A stretch of 32,000 nt of DNA. Source: Pelagibacteraceae bacterium AG-422-D23. GTDB taxonomy: Bacteria; Pseudomonadota; Alphaproteobacteria; Pelagibacterales; Pelagibacteraceae. This document shows positions 20,209-27,438 of the stretch, piece by piece (position 1 is the stretch's first letter; each line of letters begins with the position of its first letter). Both the position numbers and the translations under genes were made by a program. The notes under the pieces were generated by a model, which saw nothing but the letters and a program-made list of their open reading frames with translations, was not told where the DNA came from and searched no databases. Location: contig QCMQ01000001.1 of the NCBI GenBank assembly GCA_003213615.1, positions 305,807 to 337,806 of the forward strand, in the 5' to 3' direction.

Positions 20209-21195
20209 ATGAAAGATCCAATAATAACAAATAATATTCTTAATTGGTATGATTTAAATAAAAGATCTTTACCTTGGAGAAAGAATGTTTCTCAAACAAA
20301 AAAGCAATACTACACTTTAATAAGTGAATTTATGTTGCAGCAAACTCAGGTTGCAACGGTAATACCTTACTTTAACAGATTTATAAAAAATATTCCCACA
20401 ATAGAAAAATTATCTAAATATGATGATAGAAAATTAATTAAACTTTGGGAGGGTCTTGGATACTATTCAAGAGTAAGAAATTTAAAAAAAACAGCTCAAA
20501 TAGTTGTTAAAAATTTTAATAAAAAAATACCTAGAAATTTTGTAGATTTAAAGTCACTTCCAGGAATTGGAGATTATACAGCAAGTGCAATTTCTGCAAT
20601 TGCATTCAATGAACCAATAATTCCTCTAGATGGTAATATTGAAAGAGTATTAAAGAGATACTTATTTTTAAAAAAACAAGATCAAATAAAAAAAGAAAAT
20701 TTACATGAGAAGAAAAAAATTTTTGGAACATCTATCAAAAGGTCTGGTGATTATGCTCAAGCTTTAATGGAATTAGGAGCACTAATTTGTAAACCTGTTA
20801 CTCCTAATTGTAAGAATTGTCCATTAGTAAAAAAATGCAAATCATTTAAAAATAAAAATTTTGATTTAGTAAAATTTAAAAAAAAAGATAAGGAAACTTT
20901 TTACAAGCTAAATGTTTATAAAAAAAATAATCATTATTTATTAATCAAAAATAATAAATTTAATTTTTTGAAAAATTTTAATATCTTCCCGATGGAGGAA
21001 GTAAATAATCCTAAAAATTTTGATAAAGATTTGAATTTTAAAATGTCTAATATGAACATGAATATTAAAATTGAATTTAAAAATAAATATAATTTAAATA
21101 AAAATAATTATTGGATTGATCCAAGAAAGCTTCAAAATTATACACTGCCAACATTTACAAAAAAGATAGTTAAATTTTTAGAAAGTCATAAATGA
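20209..21195 (+). CDS. mutY: A/G-specific adenine DNA glycosylase
   Basis: Contains LNWYDLNKRSLPWR, SEFMLQQTQV, WEGLGYYSRVRNL, the HhH-GPD motif LPGIGDYTASAI and the 4Fe-4S loop CKPVTPNCKNCPLVKKC. I prefer the ATG at 20209 over the TTG at 20164 in the track. Confidence 0.9.
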   Translation: MKDPIITNNILNWYDLNKRSLPWRKNVSQTKKQYYTLISEFMLQQTQVATVIPYFNRFIKNIPTIEKLSKYDDRKLIKLWEGLGYYSRVRNLKKTAQIVVKNFNKKIPRNFVDLKSLPGIGDYTASAISAIAFNEPIIPLDGNIERVLKRYLFLKKQDQIKKENLHEKKKIFGTSIKRSGDYAQALMELGALICKPVTPNCKNCPLVKKCKSFKNKNFDLVKFKKKDKETFYKLNVYKKNNHYLLIKNNKFNFLKNFNIFPMEEVNNPKNFDKDLNFKMSNMNMNIKIEFKNKYNLNKNNYWIDPRKLQNYTLPTFTKKIVKFLESHK

Positions 21196-22334
21196 AAAAA
21201 ATTGCAATAATTGGTGCTGGAATTTCAGGTTTGTATATTGCCAATTTATTCAAAGATCATAAGGATTATCAGGTCACGATTTATGAAAAAAGGAATTCAA
21301 TAGAAATGGAAGAAGGTTATGGAATTCAGTTGTCGGTAAATAGTGTAAAGCTTTTGAATAAAATAGGCTTCACTTCTTTCACTGAAGAAGAAAAATTTAA
21401 TCCAAAAAAAATTGATTTTTATGAAATTAAAAATTCAAAAAAAATTTGTGACTTAGACATTTCAAAATTTAATTCCGAAGATTGTAAATACACAACATTG
21501 AAAAGATCAAAATTGCTTCAATTTTTAAAAAAACGAATAAATGAAGATATAATTAAATATAACCACAATATTGAACAGATTGTTTACGATAAAGATTTAA
21601 TAAAATTAATATTTGATAAAAATAATATAACTTGTGATTACTTAATTATTTCAGACGGCGTGTTTTCTAAAGGGAAGTTATTAATTTCAGCTAATAAATC
21701 AAAACCAATTTACAATGATACGATTGCTATTAGGGGCACTATATCGAGAGAAAATTTTGAAAATATAAATGAAGAAAATATTTCTTTGTTCTTAGGACCA
21801 AATTTTCATTATGTTGTTTATCCAATTAATAATGATAAAAAATTTAATTTTATTGGCATTTTAAAACATAAATTAAATTCAAATAAGCAAGAGAACTATA
21901 ATCTTTTTAACGAAAGTTCTTTTATAAAAAATATTAAATTTATATTATCTCAAAAAGTTTCCCAAAGTTTTTTGGAAAGTCTTCAAAATATTAAATTATT
22001 TCCAATATTTGTAAGTAAAAATTTATACATTCCTCCAAAAAATATATTCCTTGTAGGAGATGCATTTTTTGCTTTTTCACCTTCATTTGCGCAGGGAGCT
22101 TCCCAATCAATTGAGAGTGCTAATGAATTATATGAATGCTTAATAAATAATAATAATTTTTATGATATCAGATTAAAGAGAGTAAAAATGATTAACAGTA
22201 GATCTAATTTCAATCAATTTGCCTTCCATTTATCAAATCCAATTATGATCATATTTAGAAATATTTTTTTAAAACTTTTAACTAAAAATAAAAAATTTTT
22301 AGAAAGTTATTTAGGTAAAATTTATAAAAATTAA
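21192..22334 (+). CDS. class A FAD-dependent monooxygenase, substrate unknown
   Basis: 380 aa with three flavoprotein-hydroxylase fingerprints: IAIIGAGISGLYIA (GxGxxG), LIISDGVFSKGK (DG motif) and VGDAFFAFSPSFAQGASQSIESA (GD motif). ATGA overlap with the mutY stop. Confidence 0.65.
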   Translation: MKKIAIIGAGISGLYIANLFKDHKDYQVTIYEKRNSIEMEEGYGIQLSVNSVKLLNKIGFTSFTEEEKFNPKKIDFYEIKNSKKICDLDISKFNSEDCKYTTLKRSKLLQFLKKRINEDIIKYNHNIEQIVYDKDLIKLIFDKNNITCDYLIISDGVFSKGKLLISANKSKPIYNDTIAIRGTISRENFENINEENISLFLGPNFHYVVYPINNDKKFNFIGILKHKLNSNKQENYNLFNESSFIKNIKFILSQKVSQSFLESLQNIKLFPIFVSKNLYIPPKNIFLVGDAFFAFSPSFAQGASQSIESANELYECLINNNNFYDIRLKRVKMINSRSNFNQFAFHLSNPIMIIFRNIFLKLLTKNKKFLESYLGKIYKN

Positions 22335-23401
22335 TTTTTAGAAATTAATCTTTGTCTTAGATAATCAATAGGATAAGTTCGTCCATTTATATCACAATGC
22401 CAAAAAGTCCATCCGTTGCAACTTTCAGCTCCTAAAATAGTAGCCGCAACTTTGTGTATAGAACCCTCTGCTTGATTATGTTTTATACTACCATCAGCCA
22501 TTATTCTGGCTGTTATTTTTTTCTTATTATCAAAAATATTAGTTCCAGGTTTAATTATTCCAAGCTCAACTAATGAACCAAAAGGAATTCTTGGTTTTGA
22601 TCTATTATTTTTAAGCGTATCTAATAAGTCGTCCTCAATAGGCTTTGTAGCTTTTATGCGTTGCTCAGCAGCTTTAAAATAATTTTTTTCTTTTTCTATT
22701 CCAAAATAATTTCTTCCTAGTTTTTTTGCTACTGTAGCTGTTGTTCCTGATCCTAAAAAAGGGTCAAGTATGAGGTCATTTTTATTAGATGTAGCTAGTA
22801 AAATTCTATGTAATAGTGCTTCTGGTTTTTGTGTTGAGTGAATTTTTTTTCCATCCTTTTTAAGTCTTTCAGAACCATTGCATATTGGAAGATCCCAATT
22901 AGATCTCATTTGCAAATCATCATTTAAGCATTTTAAAGATTGATAATTGAATGTGTATTTTGATTTTTCACTTTTAGAAGCCCATATCAAAGTTTCATGA
23001 GCGTTAGTAAAACGTGTTCCTCTAAAGTTTGGCATTGGATTGTTTTTATTCCAAATGACATCGTTTAAAATCCAGAAACCTAAATTTTGGATTGCCGTGC
23101 CAACTCTAAAAATATTATGGTAGCTTCCTATAACCCAAATTGCTCCATCTTTTTTTAAAATTCTTTTACATTCACTAAGCCATTCATAAGTGAAATCATC
23201 ATATTTTTTAAAATTTTCAAATTGATCCCACTTATCATTTACCGCACTAACCTTTGATCTATCAGGTCTAGTTAATTCACTTTTTAATTGTAAGTTGTAA
23301 GGAGGATCAGCAAAAATTAAATCAAAAGTTTCACGTGGAATTTTTTTTATTTCTTCGAGACTATCTCCATTAATTATTTTATTTTTGAAATCAGTTTTCA
23401 T
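22331..23401 (-). CDS. ccrM: N6-adenine DNA methyltransferase, CcrM type (GANTC)
   Basis: 356 aa, beta-class order. DPPY motif (IFADPPYNL) near the N-terminus, FxGxG SAM motif (DPFLGSGTTATVA), and the CcrM-specific C-terminal domain of about 80 aa (PFGSLVELGIIKPG...WTFWH). Confidence 0.88.
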   Translation of the reverse strand: MKTDFKNKIINGDSLEEIKKIPRETFDLIFADPPYNLQLKSELTRPDRSKVSAVNDKWDQFENFKKYDDFTYEWLSECKRILKKDGAIWVIGSYHNIFRVGTAIQNLGFWILNDVIWNKNNPMPNFRGTRFTNAHETLIWASKSEKSKYTFNYQSLKCLNDDLQMRSNWDLPICNGSERLKKDGKKIHSTQKPEALLHRILLATSNKNDLILDPFLGSGTTATVAKKLGRNYFGIEKEKNYFKAAEQRIKATKPIEDDLLDTLKNNRSKPRIPFGSLVELGIIKPGTNIFDNKKKITARIMADGSIKHNQAEGSIHKVAATILGAESCNGWTFWHCDINGRTYPIDYLRQRLISKN

Positions 23402-23417
23402 TTGTAAAAATTAATTA

Positions 23418-23466
23418 GACTCCAAATGGATTCTACGGTCAACCTGAGATTGAAAAATTTGGATTC
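23418..23466. promoter_or_regulatory. cluster of three GANTC (CcrM target) sites in the ccrM upstream spacer
   Basis: GACTC at 23418-23422, GATTC at 23429-23433 and GATTC at 23462-23466. The last two lie within a direct repeat TGGATTC (23427-23433 and 23460-23466) spaced 33 nt apart. Confidence 0.5.
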
Positions 23467-23505
23467 GATTAGTGTTTCTTAATTAGAAGGTAACTAGATG
23501 TAGTG

Positions 23506-24066
23506 TTAATTTATTTTATAAATTGGTGAAAAAGTTTTTCTATGATGTTTAGTAATACCTAATTTTTTCAAAGCTTTTAAGTGGTGTTTTGTTCCGTACC
23601 CAAAGTTTTTATTCCAATCATAGCCTTTATTTTTTTTTGATAAGTTAGTTATATATTTATCCCTTGATACTTTTGCAATTATAGAAGCTGCCGAAATAGA
23701 GGGGATTTTTTTATCTCCTTTAATAACTGATTTTAAATTATAATTTTCTAACTCTGGAGTTTTATTTCCATCTATCAGAACGTGTGTTGGTTTTCTCTTA
23801 AGTTTTTTGATGGCTCTTTTCATAGCCAGCAAGGTTGCTTGAAGTATATTCAGCTTTTCTATTTCTTTGACAGAAGCTTTCCCTATAGACCAAGTGGAAT
23901 TTTTTTTTATGTATGTGCATATATACTCTCTCTTTCTTTTACTTAATGATTTTGAGTCTTTTAATAATTTTGGATTAATTGATTTTTTTAAAATTACTGC
24001 TGAAGCATAAACAGGCCCAATTAAACTTCCTCTACCAACCTCATCAACCCCAGCGATTATCTTCAT
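23506..24066 (-). CDS. rnhB: ribonuclease HII
   Basis: 186 aa. Contains IAGVDEVGRGSLIGPV, DSKSLS and SAASIIAKVSRD, typical of RNase HII. Confidence 0.93.
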   Translation of the reverse strand: MKIIAGVDEVGRGSLIGPVYASAVILKKSINPKLLKDSKSLSKRKREYICTYIKKNSTWSIGKASVKEIEKLNILQATLLAMKRAIKKLKRKPTHVLIDGNKTPELENYNLKSVIKGDKKIPSISAASIIAKVSRDKYITNLSKKNKGYDWNKNFGYGTKHHLKALKKLGITKHHRKTFSPIYKIN

Positions 24067-24785
24067 CTAATTTTTAACTTCAGATCTTTAATTTTGTCTC
24101 TAATTTTCTTTAAATCTTCCCATGCGTGTTTTTTATTTTCTGGAAAACGGATTAGATAGGATGGATTAAAAGTTATCATTAAAGGGAATGTTTTATTTTT
24201 TAAAATAACTTCTTTCCATTGTCCTCTTTCAGCAGATATTTTTTCACTTATTCCTGTTACAGCCTCCATTGCTGAACTACCCATCAAAACAATAATCTTA
24301 GGGTTTATAATTGATATATGCTCTTTCAAAAATACTGAGTATCTTTTAATTTCGGTTGAGGTTGGTTTTCTGTCATCAGGTGGTCTGAAATTGATTGTAT
24401 AACTGGTGTAAATATTTTGTCTCTTAATGTTGATAGCTATAAGCATTTTGTTAAGAAGTTCGCCAACTTCACCCCTAAATGGGACGCCTAATTTTTCTTC
24501 CTCAGCACCTGGAGCCTCTCCAATTAACATTAAAGGACTATTTATATTTCCCTCACCTAAAATAATTTTGTTTGAATTTTCTTTCAATTTACAATTTTCA
24601 ATTGAATTTATTTGATCCTTTAAATTTTTTATTAATTTTTCTTTATTAATTTGCAGAGTGCTATTGTCCTTTTCTAAAATATTAAATCTATTTATTGTCT
24701 TATCTGCGAATATAAATTTTGGCTCAATTGTATTTATTAGTTCTTGGTTTAATTTGGTATTTTGATTTATCACTTTTTTAGTCAT
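24063..24785 (-). CDS. uracil-DNA glycosylase superfamily protein, family-4-like (atypical)
   Basis: 240 aa. Motif A LIGEAPGAEEEKLGVPFRGEVGELL aligns well to family-4 UDGs. Motif B reads FNPSYLIRFP. An N-terminal extension of about 65 aa is present. ATGA overlap with the rnhB start. Confidence 0.8.
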   Translation of the reverse strand: MTKKVINQNTKLNQELINTIEPKFIFADKTINRFNILEKDNSTLQINKEKLIKNLKDQINSIENCKLKENSNKIILGEGNINSPLMLIGEAPGAEEEKLGVPFRGEVGELLNKMLIAINIKRQNIYTSYTINFRPPDDRKPTSTEIKRYSVFLKEHISIINPKIIVLMGSSAMEAVTGISEKISAERGQWKEVILKNKTFPLMITFNPSYLIRFPENKKHAWEDLKKIRDKIKDLKLKIR

Positions 24786-24796
24786 AATATGGCAAT

Positions 24797-26482
24797 ATGT
24801 TCCTAAAATTTCTAAAATTAGTACTAATAATTTTCATATCTTATCAGACACCTTTGTATTCTAAAAGTGCTACTTTTAATGATTTCAACTCAAGAGATTT
24901 AACAAATTACTTTTCTGGAATTGTTGCATTTGAAAATAGAGATAATTCTGAAGCTTTAAAATTTTTTAATCTAACCAAAGTATTAATTAATAAACATGAT
25001 AGTTATTTAAAAAGATATGTTAATTCTTTAGTTTTAGACAACAAAGTACCTCAAGCAATAAACATACTGAATTATAACGTAAATAAATCTAACTCAGATT
25101 TTTATGATGCTTATATAATTTTTATAATTGACAGTTTAAAGAAAAATAATTTTAAAAAAGCTGATGAATATTTAACACAAAGTTTAAAATTTCAAGATGA
25201 AGACATGATAAACCTAGTTATATTTGAAACTCTAAAACAGTACATTTATACATTTAAAAATAAAAAAATATTAGATAAAAAAAAAAATTTTGGAAACCTG
25301 TCTCTTATAGCTGAGACATTTCAAAGATGTTATATTGAAGATAAGAGAACTTCGTCATTTTTTCTTAATTTAATAAATAATCAACAAGGTGATTATTCAA
25401 GATACAGTTTTTTTTATCTTAATTATTTAATTGATAATAATAAATTAAATGAAGCAAGATTAGTTGCTGAACAAATTGATTATATAAATTCAACACTTTT
25501 ACTTTCACAGAGTAAAAGTTGGATAGACAAGGAAAAATTTGAAGATTTTGGAAAAGTTTTTTCATGCAAAGATCATAATGACCTTGTAAGTGAGTTTTTA
25601 TTTTTAATCTCTAATCTTTATTCTTCTCAGGATAATTTTGAAAAATCAAATTTTTATTTAAATTTATCCAACTATTTGAATCCTAAGTTTGAATTTAATT
25701 TGTCATTGGTTGCAGAAAATTTTTATCTTAATGATGAATTTGATAAATTACAAAGGGTTTTAAAAAACTTTAAAAAAGAAGATGAATTTTATTATTGGTT
25801 TAGATTAAAAAAAGAAGCTAAAATAATAATTCAAGAGCAAGATTATAAAAGTGGAATTAAATACATAGATTTAAAATTTAATAAAATTGAAAATCCAAAT
25901 ATAAAGATGATTTTTGATTTAGCCAATTTTTATAAAAATTCTAAAAATTATGAAAAAGCAATAGATCGTTATACGGAAATTATTTTAACGCTTGATGATA
26001 ATTCACTTATTAAATCAGATCTATTGTATCGTAGAGGTGGCACCTATGAAAGAATGGGCAATTATGAAAAGTCAGATGAAGATTTACTGCATGCACTTAG
26101 AATTGATCCTAGTGATGCATATATTTTAAATTACCTTGCTTACTCTTGGTTAGAGCGTGATTATAAAATTAATGAAGCAATGGATATGTTGAAAAAAGCA
26201 TATGATTTAAAAAGCAATGATCCATATATTATTGACTCAATTGGATGGGCATATTTTTTAATAGAAGATTATTTAGAAGCAGAAAAGTATTTAAAAAGAG
26301 CGGTAGAATTAATGCCAGATGACCCAATAGTCAATGATCATTATGGAGATATTTTATGGAAATTAAATCGAAAAATTCAAGCAAGATATTTTTGGAACAA
26401 TGTACTAACTTTTGATGAAACCGAAGAAGATATGAGAGAAAAAATCAATATTAAAGTAATTGAGGGTCTTAAAAATTCCTAA
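24797..26482 (+). CDS. secreted/periplasmic TPR-repeat protein
   Basis: 561 aa with a signal peptide. The C-terminal half has clear TPR units (YEKAIDRYTEIL, YRRGGTYERMGNYEKSDEDLLHALRIDP, YLAYSWLE, AEKYLKRAVELMPDDP). A TPR gene upstream of ispE is common in alphaproteobacteria. Confidence 0.75.
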   Translation: MFLKFLKLVLIIFISYQTPLYSKSATFNDFNSRDLTNYFSGIVAFENRDNSEALKFFNLTKVLINKHDSYLKRYVNSLVLDNKVPQAINILNYNVNKSNSDFYDAYIIFIIDSLKKNNFKKADEYLTQSLKFQDEDMINLVIFETLKQYIYTFKNKKILDKKKNFGNLSLIAETFQRCYIEDKRTSSFFLNLINNQQGDYSRYSFFYLNYLIDNNKLNEARLVAEQIDYINSTLLLSQSKSWIDKEKFEDFGKVFSCKDHNDLVSEFLFLISNLYSSQDNFEKSNFYLNLSNYLNPKFEFNLSLVAENFYLNDEFDKLQRVLKNFKKEDEFYYWFRLKKEAKIIIQEQDYKSGIKYIDLKFNKIENPNIKMIFDLANFYKNSKNYEKAIDRYTEIILTLDDNSLIKSDLLYRRGGTYERMGNYEKSDEDLLHALRIDPSDAYILNYLAYSWLERDYKINEAMDMLKKAYDLKSNDPYIIDSIGWAYFLIEDYLEAEKYLKRAVELMPDDPIVNDHYGDILWKLNRKIQARYFWNNVLTFDETEEDMREKINIKVIEGLKNS

Positions 26483-27328
26483 ATGAAAATAAATAAAATT
26501 AAATCTAATGCAAAGTTAAATTTAGCACTAAATATTACTGGAAAAAAAAAAGTTTTACATAAAATTGAAAGTATAATTGGTTTTATAGATCTGCACGATG
26601 TTATTTCAATAAATCAACATAATGGAAAAAAACATCATATTTCTTTTTATGGAAAGTATTCTAAAAATATTGGAAAAAAAAACACTGTTCAAAAATTATT
26701 TCAAAGACTAGATCACGAAAATTTATTAAAAAATAAAAAATTTAAAGTTAAAATTAAAAAATTAATTCCCCAAGAATCTGGGTTGGGTGGAGGATCGATG
26801 AATGCAGCTAGTGTGTTTAATTATCTGATAAAAAAAAAAATTATTAAACTTAATCATAAAAAAATTCGAAGTATCTGTGACTTGATTGGTTCAGATGTTA
26901 TTTTAGGGACCATTTCATCCAGCTGTGTGTTGTCATCAGGTGGTAGAATTAAAAAGTTTTATAATACTCCAAAATATTACTCTACTTTAGTAAAGCCTGA
27001 TTTTGGATGCTCAACTAAAAAAATATACTCTGCTGTTCGAAAGTATACAAAACCAAAATATAACAAACCTAAGAAAAACATGTTTTGGGCGAAATATTTG
27101 ATTGATGAACAAAATGCTCTTGAAACAATAGCGCTCAAAAAATATCCAAAACTAAAAAAAATAAAGTTATTTTTAGAAAGTATTGATAATCCTTTATTTG
27201 TAAGAATGACTGGTTCAGGATCAACAATTGTTGCCTATTATAATTCATTAAAGAGTTGTAAATTGGCAAAAGCTAAATTTAAAAGAAAATATAAAAATTA
27301 TTGGTGTGTTACAGCAAAAACTATATGA
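26483..27328 (+). CDS. ispE: 4-diphosphocytidyl-2-C-methyl-D-erythritol kinase (MEP pathway)
   Basis: 281 aa. N-terminal AKLNLALNITGK and GHMP-kinase motif KLIPQESGLGGGSMNAASV. Confidence 0.88.
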   Translation: MKINKIKSNAKLNLALNITGKKKVLHKIESIIGFIDLHDVISINQHNGKKHHISFYGKYSKNIGKKNTVQKLFQRLDHENLLKNKKFKVKIKKLIPQESGLGGGSMNAASVFNYLIKKKIIKLNHKKIRSICDLIGSDVILGTISSSCVLSSGGRIKKFYNTPKYYSTLVKPDFGCSTKKIYSAVRKYTKPKYNKPKKNMFWAKYLIDEQNALETIALKKYPKLKKIKLFLESIDNPLFVRMTGSGSTIVAYYNSLKSCKLAKAKFKRKYKNYWCVTAKTI

Positions 27329-27361
27329 ATTTTATATTTTTATGTTATAGGAAGCTAGTAT

Positions 27362-27435
27362 TGGGGCGTAGCCAAGCGGTAAGGCACGGGTTTTTGGTAC
27401 CTGCATCCTAGGTTCGAATCCTAGCGCCCCAGCCA
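27362..27435 (+). tRNA. tRNA-Gln (anticodon UUG), CCA encoded
   Basis: Folded by hand. Acceptor TGGGGCG/CGCCCCA, D arm GCC-AAGCGGTAA-GGC, anticodon stem CGGGT/ACCTG with loop TTTTGGT (anticodon TTG at 27394-27396). T arm CTAGG-TTCGAAT-CCTAG, discriminator G, then CCA. Very similar to E. coli tRNA-Gln. Confidence 0.93.
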
Positions 27436-27438
27436 TTT

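Noticed and set aside
23426-23482. 18-codon + strand ORF (MDSTVNLRLKNLDSISVS) inside the ccrM upstream spacer.
   Set aside because: It is very short, has no SD and lies opposite to both flanking genes. It more likely reflects the GC-richer regulatory sequence that carries the GANTC sites.
23411-23493. CtrA-box-like elements (TTAA-N7-TTAA) in the ccrM upstream spacer: TTAA-N7-CCAA at 23411-23425 and TTAA-N7-GTAA at 23479-23493.
   Set aside because: Only half-sites match, and TTAA is very frequent in DNA this AT-rich. This is not distinguishable from chance without a position weight matrix scan and cross-genome conservation.
25277-25287. Long homopolymer runs inside coding sequence as possible slippage or phase-variation sites. 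These include A11 at 25277-25287 (TPR gene), A10 at 26543-26552 and A11 at 26830-26840 (ispE), A9 near 28062-28070 (cca) and T9 near 29111-29119 (greA).
   Set aside because: All encode in-frame Lys (AAA) runs in Lys-rich proteins of a very AT-rich genome and lie in essential housekeeping genes. There is no sign of frame disruption and nothing suggests contingency loci.
27329-27438. tRNA-Gln as a possible integration site for a genomic island or prophage.
   Set aside because: Both flanks are housekeeping genes (ispE 33 nt upstream, cca 3 nt downstream). There is no integrase and no direct repeat of the tRNA 3' end elsewhere in the window.
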